Assembly: GCA_028534125.1 (NCBI GenBank)
Contig: CM052817.1
Span: 87,980,001 to 88,044,000 of the forward strand
DNA: 64,000 nt
Direction of reading: 5' to 3'
Origin: Lama glama
Lineage: Eukaryota
Both the position numbers and the translations under genes were made by a program. Below the pieces are notes generated by a model. It saw only the letters and a program-made list of their open reading frames with translations, did not search any database and had not been told where the DNA came from. Shown piece by piece: positions 26,822 to 40,610 of the stretch. Every line of letters begins with the position of its first letter. Positions within the stretch are counted from its first letter, which is position 1.

Positions 26822-27048
26822 CAGAGTTCACCAAACTATAAACCAAGGGTCAGTTGCTTTTTTTTTTTTTTTTTTGTAAATGAAGTTACACTGGAACACA
26901 ACCACACCCATTCTTTTACTTGCTGTCTTTGGCAACTCCTTCCTACAAGAGCTAGTACTGTTGAGTAGTTGCTACAGAGCTTAGATGACGCTCAGAGCCT
27001 AAAAGCATTCACTATCTATTTCTTCACAAAATTGTCTACTGACCTCTG
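26822..27048 (+). mobile_element. MER58A-like hAT-Charlie MITE
   Basis: Termini cagagttcaccaaact...tactgacctctg; internal 'gtaaatgaagttacactggaacacaaccac'; 8-bp TSD acctagat (26814-26821)/acctagct (27049-27056). Confidence 0.85.
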
Positions 27049-27678
27049 ACCTAGCTTATGTATTTTGTTCAATTCTGACTCCACTTTAAAAAGAATATTG
27101 AGGAATTGTGTCTCATTCATACTCTGTAACTCTACTATAGCCTTTATTCTCTGTCTGTTTCCTTTATTGATGCATAAGCAGTTTAGAGCTTTTAGTGGAG
27201 TGAAATGGTTTTCTTCAATGGTTTTCTTTATTCATTTTTAGTTTTTATTTTAGTTCCATAATTCATACACATTCCACAGAAAAAATAGGCTTGTTATTAT
27301 TCGTTGTAAGGACAGACAACTCACTGATTTAAGACTTGAGTGAGATTTACACATTGCCAAACCACTCAGAGTATATCTCATTCCAGCTTCTGGATCTAAA
27401 TTAACCCTCTAATCTGATTTAAAAAAAAAAACTTTCAGTACTTTGGGAAGGTAATTATATTAATTTTCCTGAGTTAGGTAACACATTAAAAATATTTTTA
27501 CATGCTATGCGCAGTTTTTTTGACACTAAGTATCTAACTAGTGAAGCTTAGTATATTATGAGACAAAATATGTTTGTTTTAAATTTTTATCATATCTTAT
27601 GTATAACAGAAGAAAGAAGTCTACTAGTCACAAAAACAAAACCAGAGATAAAATCTACAACATAAGAAGGATTAGTTA

Positions 27679-27828
27679 GGTGAGGAAGGTATAGCTCAGA
27701 GGTAGAATGCATGTTTAGCATGCACGATGTCCTAGGTTTACCCCTAGTATCGCCATTAAGATAAATAAATTAATTAAATAAACAAACAAGCAAGCAAACA
27801 AACAAACCTAATTACCCTCCCTGCCAAA
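27679..27828 (+). mobile_element. tRNA(Ala)-derived SINE, camelid vic-1 type
   Basis: A box 'tatagctcagaggtaga', 'catgtttagcatgcacga', degenerate B box, A-rich tail with 'cctaattaccctccc'; degenerate TSD aagaaggattagtta/aagaaaatcagtta. Confidence 0.85.
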
Positions 27829-27882
27829 AAGAAAATCAGTTAATTTCAGTTTCAGTTTTAACTGAGCATTTAAAAAATATAC

Positions 27883-27900
27883 GTGTGTGTGTGTGTGTGT
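27883..27900. repeat. (GT)n microsatellite
   Basis: Direct observation. Confidence 0.95.
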
Positions 27901-27949
27901 ATAAATCAGCTTTATAAAGCTTCTAACTGTAGGGGCTAGTTTTATTTAC

Positions 27950-28062
27950 TATGTCTTATCAATAGAAAGTATGTTCCATGATAGCAGGGAATGTGTCCTA
28001 TTCACCCAGAAGCTAAAGCAGCATACAGTAGGCACTCAGAAAAGCATCTGTTAAATGAATGT
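27950..28062 (+). mobile_element. L2 3' end
   Basis: 'tatgttccatgatagcaggga...cagtaggcactcagaaaagcatctgttaaatgaatg'. Confidence 0.7.
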
Positions 28063-28079
28063 GTTGAAGTTACCTAACT

Positions 28080-28285
28080 AGATCCTTCCTACAGCACTGT
28101 GACTTAGGCACAACATTGTGAGTTAAGTGTTAATGGACTCAATTTTCAAAGGTGGTAAGCAAGACCCAGAAAAATTACTTGGCTTACCCTAAGACACACA
28201 GCTTTTATAGAGAGCCAGCATCAAAACAAAACAAAACAAACTGTGCATTCTGCATCCCAAGTGTGTCTTTTTTGCTTATACAATA
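28080..28285 (-). mobile_element. MIR fragment
   Basis: 'atccttcctacagcactgtga...aagcaagacccagaaaaattacttggcttaccctaagacacacagct'. Confidence 0.6.
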
Positions 28286-29149
28286 TTTCCTTTTCTTTGA
28301 GGAATAAAGAAACTGGAATTGGTTAGCTTAGGGAAATTTTATATGAAGATTTAAGAAGAAGAAATAATTTTAATTTTTTAAAAATGTTGTTGTTGTTTTG
28401 AATCTGTATAGCCCAAGACACAAAAAATAAAATAGCTTAAATTGAAGTGGAGATAATTCAGGTAGTGACAAGAATTTTTTTTTAAATCTTTTATTATCTT
28501 CTTGACTTGGACTCAGCAGAGATACTCATCTCCTTACTTCTGCATTTTAATTATCACCACCTGTTAACTGTATTAACTACCAGAAAAACAGAATGAATAA
28601 CAAAGTGTTGGAATGTAGTTACTCCACCCACAGAGAAGCAATGCAGACTTAGCAAAATATGGTTCAGTAGTTCTTCATGACATAGTGGATAAGGGAGAAT
28701 GCAGAAGCTTTCCAAAGTCACCATGTTTAAAATGTTTTGAGCATGAGTATTATATCTAACATTCATTGATGATTTCCTTTGATTGTAACTTTTATATAAT
28801 TTCAATTTTTTTAAAGCCTGGAGTATCACTGGAATAATAGCCATTACATAAGTCTTAACAGGCATATTACGTAAAGAAGAATTTTTTCCAAATTTTCCAC
28901 AAATAGCTTGTTTGATTATCGTACTAAACTCACAGTTAACAAAGATGAAAGTGGTGAGATGCAATGTTAGGCTAAAAGATTTCTCCTGTTTCTCTTTTCT
29001 TAAATATTTTATCTGTTTTTGTCAACATGGATAAATGTGAAATAATTCAATTTATTTAGCTTGAAAATAATGATGGTACCACTATGCTCAGTTTTACAAT
29101 TTTGAAAAAGTAGAGGTAAAGGGTTATGTCCTAAAATAACTCAACAGGC

Positions 29150-29830
29150 TGAGTCAAGACACTATAGAAAGCCAATATCAAAGAAAAGTATATATTTAAA
29201 CTTATATTCCTAAAATAGTCACTAGGTCTTGATGAATTTTCAGCTGACTTAAAACAAAGCATTAATAATAGATACTTTCAAAGTTATGTAAATTATGCTG
29301 GAGAATGGGAACAGTAGGAAAGATTTCGTGTTAATTTTGTGGGGTTAGTCTAATTTTGATACAAAGTCGTGACAAAGACAACAGAAAAATAAAACTATAG
29401 GAAAAGCTAAATATGAATGTACAAAGAAAATCCTAAATGAATTATTAGCAAGGAAAAAATCTATCAGTAAGAGGAAAATATATTATTACTCCAGAATGAA
29501 AGCAGGGTTCAAAACTAAAAAATGTGTTTATATTTATAAGTAAAGAGTATAAATTATGTGATCTATTGATAAAGGCTAAAAAGGCATTAAATAAAATTCA
29601 AAAATTTTTCTCTAAAGAAATCCCTCATGAAGCTGGCAGTAAAAGAAACATCCTAGACCAATGTGAAGACTCAAAACCCTGTAACAGACAACAGGTCTAT
29701 TTAATGGTGAAAGTTAAGAAGTGATCTTATTAAAAAACTTCTGCTAAAGTATATTTTATTTAACATAGTACTGGAAGACTTAGATGACGTAGAAAAAAAG
29801 GAAAAGAAAAAGGGTGATTAACATTTAGAA
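29150..29830 (+). mobile_element. Old L1 ORF2 (RT region) remnant
   Basis: 'ctaggtcttgatgaattttcagctga', 'aaaatcctaaatgaattattagcaa', 'aaggcattaaataaaattcaa', 'taacatagtactggaag'. Confidence 0.7.
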
Positions 29831-29859
29831 AGTAAGAATTAACACAGTCAGAATTAGCA

Positions 29860-30580
29860 ATATTACCCCTAGGTTCTGCAAAGAGCAGCCATCATAGTGT
29901 TCACTCACAGTGAGCTCCAAGTTGTCGTAATCTCCAACCACTTGGTTAATTTTAGCCAGCCCAGTTCTCTGCCTATAGCCACCAGAGTTCTGGTCACTGA
30001 CTAGGGTCAAGAGCTTAGCTGAGCTGAAGAGAGCTGCCAAGTGTCCCAGTAGCCAATTAAAGCAACAAGCCAAAATGGAAGTAACTGTCAATACTTTAAT
30101 CACTTACTGTGATAGTTAAGGTTAAACCGGGAGCCAGGACCAATTCCCCCCTGTTTCAATTCCACCCATGGAATGAAGTGCCAGTGGAGGATTGGATCAC
30201 CACAGGTATGGGGTTATATCGATGCTGAGGGAGCTCTGAAGAAAAGGCTTTTGTAGTTTTAATAACCTGGGGACTAGCAGAAGACAAAAGGGGAAGGGCT
30301 AGGAGTAGAAAAGAACTAGGTACTGAGTCAGAGTAGGGAGAGGTGTCTTCAAGATTTCCCTATAAGAAAACTTCCAAATGGAGGTGCCTGGGCTGGGAAT
30401 GCAGATAAATATACATAAGAGGATGTCAGCCAGAGGGCCCTGAGTCCCTGACTATAACTTTCTTCAGAGACTACAGTGCATTGGCTGTGCATCAAGTCTG
30501 GTGACGACAGAACAGTTTTTTCCCCTTGAGGCCTGCCAGGTGAGACTTTGCCCATGATTGGCCCTGAAAAATCACAAAAT
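29860..30580. mobile_element. LTR-derived sequence (ERVL-like; probably a second LTR nested in MER21)
   Basis: GC-richer block contiguous with the MER21 LTR and with LTR-like texture; family and orientation not resolved. Confidence 0.45.
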
Positions 30581-30584
30581 GATT

Positions 30585-31166
30585 TCTTGCCAGGAGCTGG
30601 ACTACTCATCCTGGAGATCCTCCAGGCTCCCCTCAGACTCAATAATTTTCTGTTGAACTCAGAGAAGTTGTTATACTCATGTTTATGGTTTATCACAGTG
30701 AAAGGATACAGATGAAAATCAGCAAAGGGATGAGGTACATACAGCAGGTACAGAAATATCAGTTGCAAAGCTTCCATTTGTCTTGTCCCAGTGGACTTGT
30801 GTGACCGGTGCTCATTTCTCTAATCAATGATGTGTAACAATGGTACAAGGAGTACTGACAACCAGGGAATCTCCCCAGAGTCTTGTGTTCAGAGTTTTTA
30901 TTGGGATTTGATCACACAGACATGATTAATGGTTCACATGACTGACCTTACTCTCCAATCCCTCAGAGGTCATGCTGACATCATGTGTCCCAAGCTCCCT
31001 CCATAAGTCGCATTGCTAGCATAGATTACCTGTTATGGTCCAAAATCTCCAGGTAAGCAAAAACATTGCATTGGGCAGGACCTTCCATGGGCTAAGAGGT
31101 TCCCTCCCAGGAACTGGAGGCAAAGGGCCAAACCTTCTTTGCTCAAAATTAATCTTTTACTGCACA
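30585..31166 (-). mobile_element. MER21-type ERVL LTR
   Basis: Reverse complement begins 'tgtgcagtaaaagattaattttgagcaaagaaggtttggccctttgcc...gggaacctcttagccc'; 'ggtttatcacagtgaaaggatacagatgaaaatcagcaaaggg' is typical of MER21. Confidence 0.8.
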
Positions 31167-32656
31167 CTGTTTTTCTCCCCTGAATCTTGGGGATTTGGGG
31201 GGGGGGTTGTTTGTTTGTTTCTGTGTATTGGGATCATTTCCATCAGCAAACAAATCTGCCATATAAGATATATAAAAATCCAATTAAAAAGCAGCAACAT
31301 CAAGAAAGCAAATATCTTTGGATCCACCGCCCTTCAGCTACTCTCTCATTTCTGCTATGCTTCTTATGTAAAATATACTGAACTCTCCAGTCAGGGTAAA
31401 TCATATTACTAGTAATCTTCAGGGCGGTTTCCTCAGTTTTGAATCAGTCTCTATACTACATTGACTGTACTGAAGCAAACTCATCTTCAGACAGTAACTC
31501 CTATGTGCTTCAGAGAGCCCAGAGCTCCTCTGATCCACCCTGGGCATATTTACTAGAATCAGCAATAGCATGCAGGCTGTTGAAGTGTTTGCAGCTGAAA
31601 GTATATTTAGAGGATTATATACAATAGTAATTGATTCTTTTTTACTTCATAAAGTTCTGTTTTCCACTTTATTCAGTTCTTTGATGCAAGCTTATTCCAT
31701 TTGGATTTGAGAGGATTTTTCTTACAAGTAGCCATGTATGTAATTTTACTTTAAATTAGTTTTTAATTTGTTGCTGTTTCTTAGTACTTTTTAAGACCAG
31801 TGAAGAGATTTTCAGTGCTTCTTTCCATCATTTTTTTATGAATTCAGAAGGTTAACAGAGTTGATGATTAGTACAGTTCCAGATTAATTTTGAACAAATT
31901 TCCAAACTAGAAAAAGAATCACAATACAAAAATGTAATACCATATTATAGTACGGAAAGCTAATTTTCCTGTTGCTGTTACAGATTCACTTACTGTAAAT
32001 GTCAGGACAATCTTATTTCATAATTTTAACACAATACTGGAGAGCTGTTGTAATAGAGCAAATATTTATGATAATTAGGTTTTGCTGAATAATGTGGTTC
32101 TTCAAAGGTGATAGTTGTGGATATTGATTTTCCAAATGGACTGAGTCATTGATTGAATGCAATTTGAAGAGGAACCAAATTAGTCTCTTGAATTTACCTG
32201 GGGCTGCTACCGGTAGAATACATTATCTGAGGAATCCCATAGCTATGTTTAACAGGTCAAGGACTCCCCCTATCTGTTGGTACACTTGTGGAATCATTTA
32301 TTAGTTAATAATGTTTACCTGTAAAGCCATAGGTGACTCCAAGGAGTTGCTCAATGATTGATTTTTTTTTCACTAAGATAAACAAATTCCAGAACTGAAT
32401 TAAGAATGCTAAGCTTTCGATTCATACAACAAAATGAGGAAGTAGGATGTTGATTACATTGTGCAAATATAAGCTATTATTGGGAGATAAGATAGAAATA
32501 TTTCTTCAGAGACAGCTGACATAAGAGTGAAACAAATAAATATTCCTCAGTGGAAAACACCTTCACGTGAAAAGCAATAAATTATTTGTTAATTCCTATT
32601 AAGCAAGAAAGCTCTCATCCATTGCGACTATTGCAAATGCGGTCAAATTAGTGAGC

Positions 32657-32816
32657 TGTTATACTTCTAAGATTCTAAGCATATTTTTTTCATATGTTAG
32701 TCTTTCTGGAATTGGAATATCATTCAGTGTGGATATTTAATATAGAATATTTCAATTACATGTCAATAATGATATACTGTACAATCAATAGGAAAAAACT
32801 AAATTCTATGAAAATA
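32657..32816 (+). mobile_element. MER104-like Tc-mariner MITE
   Basis: 'gattctaagcatatttttttcatatgttagtctttctggaattggaat...tacaatcaat...aattctatgaaaata'. Confidence 0.55.
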
Positions 32817-32819
32817 TTT

Positions 32820-35640
32820 ATTTTAAAATATTTTATTATGAACTATTTATAGCATAAAGAAAATATCAGGGAATAAGAAATGCCCAATATTAATATTTTG
32901 TTTTATTTGCATCTAACAAAAACTAAAGATAAATTGAAATGTCTCTCTATGTATGTCTGTCTGACATATTTCAAGTTTCTTTTCTCCATCTATTAGGGAT
33001 ATTAGATGGAAAAAAGAAATTTGAAAAGTCTGAAGTTTGACAGGTACCATTCATATGCATGTTTTTATACTGCTATGTGTAGAAGTTCATACTACAAATA
33101 TATGAATTTTGGTATTATATTCAGTTTATTCTGACGTGCTTTTATATGTTTAACATCTGTGAAATTACAGTCATATGTATCCTAAAATAACAAATTATGA
33201 TAATTTGTTTTCTTTTATTATGGCAAATAATATAAGTATTTTATTTTATCTTCATGTTGAATGTAATTTATTTTATTTCTAACAGTTTTTAATTGATATT
33301 TATGAGACATTTTATTCATTCATTTTAATTGATATCTTCTCTCTGGTAAAGATTTTATTGTACCTATAATTCATATGGTGAATTTTAAATTATTACATGT
33401 CCACAAATAGTTCATATTTATTTATACTTCTTAGCACAATAGGCATATACCTACATATATAAACATATATATATTTATATACATCTGTATGGACACAGTT
33501 TTTCCACTTTTGAATAATTTTTAACTATTGAGTAATCAAATATTATTTCTTTGCCAATTCCTTCATTTTAGTATTTTGCAACTGCTATATGTTCAATCAA
33601 GTCATTTTATTATCTCTTTCACTTACTCATTATTTCTCAGTGCAGTGGTTTGGAATCTATCTTCCATTGCAAAATTTTTTTTCCCACTATACACTAAAGG
33701 ATTTATGTTTTCACCTGCATCTTATTTTTATTTTAGTATCTACTATTTTTATTTCCAACATTTATAATTGGACTTTTTTCCCTGTAATTTGCTTATGCCA
33801 GATCATTTATTTTCTCCTTTATAGTTTGTTTTATAATTACCTACTCATTTTTGTAATCCCATCTTTCCTTAATGTTATCTTAATTATACATTTTTATTAT
33901 TATTATGGTGGTTACCAGGCATGTTATAATTTTTAACACACTATGTTAGTATAAATATTTACTTTGCTGAATTCCTGAAAATGCTAGAACTTTAGATGGC
34001 CTATTTTATTATCGTTATCATGCGTTTTGCTTCTACATGTATTACATTATAGTCAACATAATGTATAATGCAATGTATACCCAACATAAGAGCACGTGTA
34101 CTTACCTTTTCATTGCTTTTTGTTCCTTCTTGTATTTCTATGTTGCTTTGTGGTATCAACTTCCTAATGCCTGAATAATGCCCCCTAGGTTTCAAATAAA
34201 AAATTTATTACACAGGTACAGTAATAAAATCTCTGTACATTTATTAAAAGTTATATATTTTTTAAAAAATACCTGGCATAGACCTCTACATTGGCAGTTA
34301 TGGCCTTCTAAGATATCGGCATTCGATTGTCTTCTGACTTACATTTTTTTTATGACATTCACTGTCAGTTTTACAGCTGCTTTCTGAAGGAAACATGTCT
34401 TTTCCTCTGGCTGCTATTAATATTTTCTCTTCATATTTGGTTTGCATCAATTTAACTAGAATAAATTTAGTTGTGCTTTCCTATGTGTCTTTTCCTGTTT
34501 GTAATTCATAGAATTTCTTCCCTTGTTGATTGATAACTTACAACGGCTCTGGGAAATTCTCAATTAATAACACACACTGTATTGCTTCTTCTTTGTTATC
34601 TGTATCCTCTCTCCCTGGAACTTCATTTGCATGTGTGTAAGAACTTTTCTTTGTGTGCTATGAGGAGGGACAGCTCCCTCATGGCTTTCTGGAAACTGCA
34701 AGTTCCACACTAGATACTGAAGGAAAGCTCAGTCACAGTCTGATCCAGGTCTTGGCAGAACATGATATGATCCTCAACTGGAATACAGAAGGATAGATAG
34801 TCTTGTGAGGAGCTGTCACAAAGCCATTTCTCAACTAGCTTATTCGTTTTCAGGATGTTCCCTATCTTGCAAGAGGCTGCCACATGGCAGCTAACCATCT
34901 ACCTTCATGGATGGAGGCACTGGATTTTTACATTTTAAACCCATTTGGGTACAGCTACAGCTTAGAATTTATTCTCTGTTACACAGCAACCCACTCTTTG
35001 TGCCATGTGTCCTCTGGCTCCCTCACTTTAGAGCCATTTAACAGACATGAGGAGCTGATAACATGCTGATCTTGTATATGCTATCTGTTTAAGTAATAAA
35101 CTGTATAAATGCATATGGGATCATTGTTTCTGTAGTGGCTGAATCTATGGAATTGTGACAAACCAGCTTAGCAGCCAAGTAGTCACTGTTGCTTAGAGAT
35201 TTCTTTACTGATTGGTATCTCCTAGGTCTCATGCCTCATTCTACATTTTTTTTTAATTGTTTTTTCTACTCTGCTTTTAGTTTGTCTTCCTTTCCAACTT
35301 TTCTTTCTTATACTGTATGGAATCTACTGTTAAACTCATGTACCAAATTCTTAATTTTAGTTAATGTATTTATTTTCATTTCTAGAATAAACTTGATTCT
35401 TTTTCTAGTCTAGTGCTCAGTTGATAATATCCATCCTGTCATCTGTTTTGCCCATCTTTTCCTGATTTTCTTGAACATACTAATTGTAGTTATTTTAAAT
35501 TAGTTTTAAGTCCAGTATCTGGATCATCCATTGTCTGCTTCTACTGTCAGTTTTACTGTAAGCATTCAGATATATTTTATTTTTTTTGCATTGCTTAGTA
35601 ACATTGATGCAATATCAGGCATTTACATAAAAATGTGAGT
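32820..35640 (-). mobile_element. Old L1 (L1ME-like) fragments, antisense, interrupted by LTR
   Basis: T-rich; 'tttcctctggctgctattaatattttctctt', 'tctgggaaattctcaatta', 'ttttcatttctagaat' match reverse L1 5'/ORF1 region. Confidence 0.65.
34661..35230 (+). mobile_element. ERVL-class solo LTR (MER74/MER88-like)
   Basis: Starts 'tgaggagggacagctccctcatggc', AATAAA ~35095, 'ctgttgcttagaga' near the 3' end; inserted in L1. Confidence 0.65.
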
Positions 35641-38059
35641 TCTCCTATCATATTTAATACTATAGACAGGAATACTCAATTCTCTGATATGTGCGTATGT
35701 GCATGCATAAAACTTACATAGGTATGTGACTTGAAATTTTATTTTTTCTTATTATTTCTTTATGTTTAATAGTTAGATTGTTTACTCTATCCCATTAGGT
35801 CCCCCTTTCCCCAGTCCAGACACAGATCTTATAATAATGTTTTATGATTCTTACTCCTCAGCAATCCTAGATAACTTATCACTTCAGCTGTGTAGCTAGT
35901 TACAGGGAAAACTTAGTTCCTATCTACCACACTATGTAATGCGTCTTTTTCTTCCCACTTTACAAAGCCATGACTCCCAGACGTTCAGTTGTGGAGCAGA
36001 TGCTTTATTTTACTCTCTTTGTGAGACAGAAGAATTAACTTCACATCAGTTATTGTTTTTCAGAGGTGAGCCATATGCCACAATCCAACCACGACTCTGC
36101 TACTGCCAAAATGAAGTAGAGTTCAGTTTCATTCACAGTCTGAGTTTTTGTTTTTTAATGGGCATTGATATGTATATCCAGTTGGGCAATCTCTTTAACA
36201 TTTGGATCCAACATGATATCTTTTTTTCAAAAATACAAGGTATTTTAAAGTGAAATCTAATATACCACCTTAACCTGATGTCCCTTATTTCTCATTTAAT
36301 TTGAAACCTACATATTAAGCATGCAAATATGATGATATTTCAATGTCTTAGAACTCAATACTTAAAACTCCTTTTGAATACTTCATAGTCAATATAAATA
36401 AGCAAAATTACACAATTCAATTAGTAATTAAAAATAAAACATTACTCTCATATAAATTTTGAATTGGCTGAAAAATTACAGTGTGAAAATAGATACTCAT
36501 AGCAGATATCCAGCCAGCACTCATGGGGTTGTAAGTATGTTTTAAGTTAAGCATAAAGGGCTGTTTTGTTTTGTTTTCTGAATGAAGGGATATGTTATCT
36601 TTTTTGTTTAGTTCCATTGTAGTGTACTGGAGGATAAAAAGTTTGGATATTACCTGTGTACACATTCAAACACATAAACAGGTATTTTTATGAGTCCAGG
36701 TGTTTGATTCATCTTCTACCAATGATATGTGTTGTGATTTATCAAACATAATTAAAACCAACTGCCTATCCTATTAGAATTTAAATCCTAAATTTCTTTT
36801 GGTTTTGATATATTTTATATACTTTACTTTTACATCAATTTCCTTCTTAATGTTTTAGGATGATTACTGTCATTTTATTTTAGTTAATTTAAATGTCCTT
36901 ACATTTATTTCTGGTGTAAAACTTGGAGTTTAAAAAATAAGTGAAATAGGGCATAATCAAAGAAATATATAAAAGATAAAACTATCATTCATAGCCAAAA
37001 TATGTTTCCTTTATTCTTCAGAAAAGACTGTTCTTTTTCCAATAGCATTCGAAGAAACCATATAACATATTTACTAAAGTTGATTTTTTTAAATATGATT
37101 ATATTGTTTTAGAGGAATCGAGACAGTTAGATATTATCCTCTTTTTGCCGATATTTGTGTCCTCTCTCTAACTAATATACACTTCTCTAAAGAAGTGAAA
37201 ATTGTCATATGTTCTTTTGAAACATCTGGGAATAACAGATTAAATTGTGTGTGTGTTTTAATCATTTGCAGAGAGCTCATAATTTTTGTTCACAGCACTC
37301 AGGAGAATGGTAAAGAAATTACAACCTAAAAGTATATAAAGAAAAGTGTGATATAAAGAATTCTTCCTTTAAGATATCACAGGCTAATGGATAAAAAAAA
37401 GAAAGAGTAACATATATCTACTGATGATAATGGTATTCTAGATAATTCATACCAACCTTCTCAAGGACAACTGTAAAAGATGAACAAAATGCTTTTTAAA
37501 AGTAAATCTACATGAACAAATTCAAGCGATAACAAAGCAGTGAAGGATTATGTGGCAGTTAGGACCATTCTTCCCCTTGGAGTGTCTGGTGATTTTGAAA
37601 AGTTGCTGAAAGGCTGACAAACTAAGGAGTGAAAATTGAAACTTGTGTGGAAGCTAGTGAACAAAATAGAGTCTAGATTAGAACAAGAGCAGGCTACACT
37701 TTTAGGGTTAGGGTAAATCAGAAGCAGTGCAGCTTTCATAAGAAAGAAAGAGGCACATCTTAAAATCATCTCCATTATCAAAACTAGATTAAGTGGTCTT
37801 AGATTGATTCTACCTCCAACAACTTGTGAGAGGCAAAATTTCACTCTGTCTGAAGAAAGTTACTATCATTCTTGCTCATATTTTTTATACACAACATATA
37901 GAATCTATAAAAATAGCCAGGTATCAGCGAGGATAAAAACAGTAGACTAAAGGCCTGGAAATCAACACATTTTAAAACAGATTCTTAAAAGGGTTCAGAT
38001 AAAGGAGTTTTCAGATAACTTTAAAATTATTATATTATTGGATAGTATGAAAAAAAGAA

Positions 38060-39765
38060 CTATACGGAAATCCTATTAGTAAAAAGTGCAGAATCCAGCA
38101 ATGAACATGTGAAATTTGAAATGAAAAGCATAATACTGTTGTTCACGTTAGTACCCCTCAAAACCCCAAAACACTAACATATAAATCTATTAAAATATTT
38201 TATAAGATCTGTATGATAAAAATTACAAATACAGATAAAATAAATCAAAGGACTGAATGCATGAGGAGCTATTCCACGTTCAGGAATAGGAAGAGCCAAT
38301 AATGTCAAGATGGCAGTTGTTCCTAACTTGATGTACAATTCAATGCAATCTCCATTAACATCCCAAGAAATTTATCATTGGGTATTGACAAACTGATTCT
38401 AAAGTTTATATAGAGAGACAGAAGAAACAGAATAGCCACCACAATATTGAAGCAAAACAACAAAGTCAGAGAACTGACACTACCTGACTTTGAGATTATG
38501 AAGCCATACTAATCAAGACAATGTGATATTGGTAGAACACTGTCAAAGAGATAAATGGAACAGAATAGAGTCCAGACATAGATCCTAACAAAGCAAAGGC
38601 AATATAATGGAGAAAAGATAGTCTTTTCAACAAATGCTCCTGGGACAACTGGACATCTATGTGCAAAAAATTAAAATTAAAAAAAAAAGAAAGAATCTAG
38701 ACACAGACCTTATATCCTTCATAAAAACTTCCATAAAATGCAACATACCAAAATGTAAAATGCAAAACTGTAAAATTTCATAAGATAACATAGGAAAAAA
38801 TCTACTTGACCTTGTGTATGGTAATTACATTTTAGATATAGCACCAGAGGCACATTCCATAGAAGAAAGAATTGATGAGTTGAATTTCATTAAAATTAAA
38901 AACTTAGGCTATGCAACAGGCAATGTAGAGAGAATAAGAAGACATACCATTAGCAGAAAATATTTGCCAAACACATATCTGATAAACAACTGTTATCTAA
39001 AACATATAAAGAATTCTTAAAAGTCAACAATTAGAAAATGGACTACCCAATTAAAAAATGGGCAAAATATCAGAACAGACAATTCACAAAAGAAGATATA
39101 TAGATGGCAAATGAGCATATCAAGAAGTGTTCACTGTCATATGTTATTAGAGAATTAAAAAAGTAAAACAATAGTGAGGTACCATTACATAACATTTAGA
39201 ACACCCAATATTCAAAACACTGACACATCAAAAGCTGGCGAGGTTGTGAAGCAACAGTAACTCTCATTCTTTCCTGGTAGCAATGAAAAATGTTATAGCC
39301 ACTTTGAAAAACAATTTGGAAGTTTTTTAGAAAACTAAACGTATTCTTACTATATGATCCACCAAGTGCATCCTTTGTATTTACCCAAAGAGTTGAAAAC
39401 CTACATCCACCCAAAAATCAGCACATGGATGTTTATAGCAGCTTTATTCATAATTGACAAAACTTGGAGACAACCAAGATGTCATATCTTCAGTAGGCTA
39501 ATGGATAAATAAACTGTGGTACCTCCAAACAATGAGATATTACTCAGCACTAAAAAAAAAAATCAGCTATTAAACATGAAAAACATAGAGGAAGTATAAA
39601 TGTATATTACTAAGTGAGAAAATTCAATCTAAAAAAGGCTACCTATTATATGATTTCAATTATATGACATTCTTAAAAGGATAAAACTGTGGAGAATGAA
39701 AAGATCCATGGTTGCCAGGGATTAGGGGAAAAAGAAGGATAAGTAAGTAGATTATAAATTTTTGA
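38060..39765 (+). mobile_element. L1MC-like ORF2 3' half plus 3'UTR
   Basis: 'caagatggcagttgttcctaacttgat', 'gtcttttcaacaaatgctcctgggacaactggacat', 'gatgtttatagcagctttattcataattg', 'atggttgccagggatt'. Confidence 0.92.
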
Positions 39766-40524
39766 AAGGAAAATTATAGTATATATGAAAATAGCTTATA
39801 TTATATGCTATGTAATAATGTCTGAGACTATTTTCATGATTTAGTGTCAGAAACAATATATTGAACAAGAAACCAAAGTCTTAGCCTAAGGAAATAGTAA
39901 TAAACTGGATTACAGTCTTTAAGTCATCCCATACACCACCAGGCTTTCAAAAGTTCATACTATCTGATGACTTTCAAATATCAATCACTATCCAAGAATT
40001 ACACAACTAAAAGCTTATACGTCATCTACAAAGGAATGTCACATCTTTCCAACTGCTAACTTATACAAAATATAAATAATAATCTTCATAATAGTGTTCC
40101 CAATATTTCTGCTTGGGCAACTGGTAGTGGAAGAAGGCTTGCTGGAAAAGAGACATGATGGCCTGGCTCCTACTGAAACATTTGGCTGACATAAGTAGAA
40201 AGAATAACTCATTATCAAAAGCCATAACAACCAGGACAAAAGTGAAAATTTATTGTTGATTTTATTTATGATGTTGTTTTCCATTAGTTGGACAATGATT
40301 TGGGTAAAAATGAAAGTTCCTTTGGAGGCTGTGGGCAGGTACTGGGTTCTAATGATGAGAATCCCAAGGCAAATTAAACAAAGAATTATATAGGAGTCTC
40401 ATAGTAGAAAGCATTCAATAACAGAATAAGAAGCATGGATTTTATAGAGAAGCCACCAGAGATTTGTCAGTGATGAAATCACATGAACCCAGGGACTATT
40501 TTGGGGAAAGTGTGGGTGAATAAC

Positions 40525-40610
40525 CAGTCTGAGCCTCTATTTTTTTTATAATATAAAACAAGGAGTAATAATACCTGCCTCACTGAGTGGTGGTCTTAGG
40601 AGTTAAATGT
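40525..40610 (+). mobile_element. MIR core fragment
   Basis: 'tctgagcctctattt...tataaaacaaggagtaataatacctgcctcactgagtggtg'. Confidence 0.6.

Noticed and set aside
27685..27755. Possible tRNA-Ala gene
   Set aside because: Degenerate B box/T arm, A-rich SINE tail and TSDs show it is a SINE
28554..28964. 136-aa minus-strand ORF in non-repeat sequence
   Set aside because: Non-ATG start, no recognisable domain or splice signals; length plausible by chance
32190..32260. Minus-strand 'YGIPQIMYS' resembling an integrase/RT motif
   Set aside because: Too short; catalytic D and flanking motifs absent; compatible with chance
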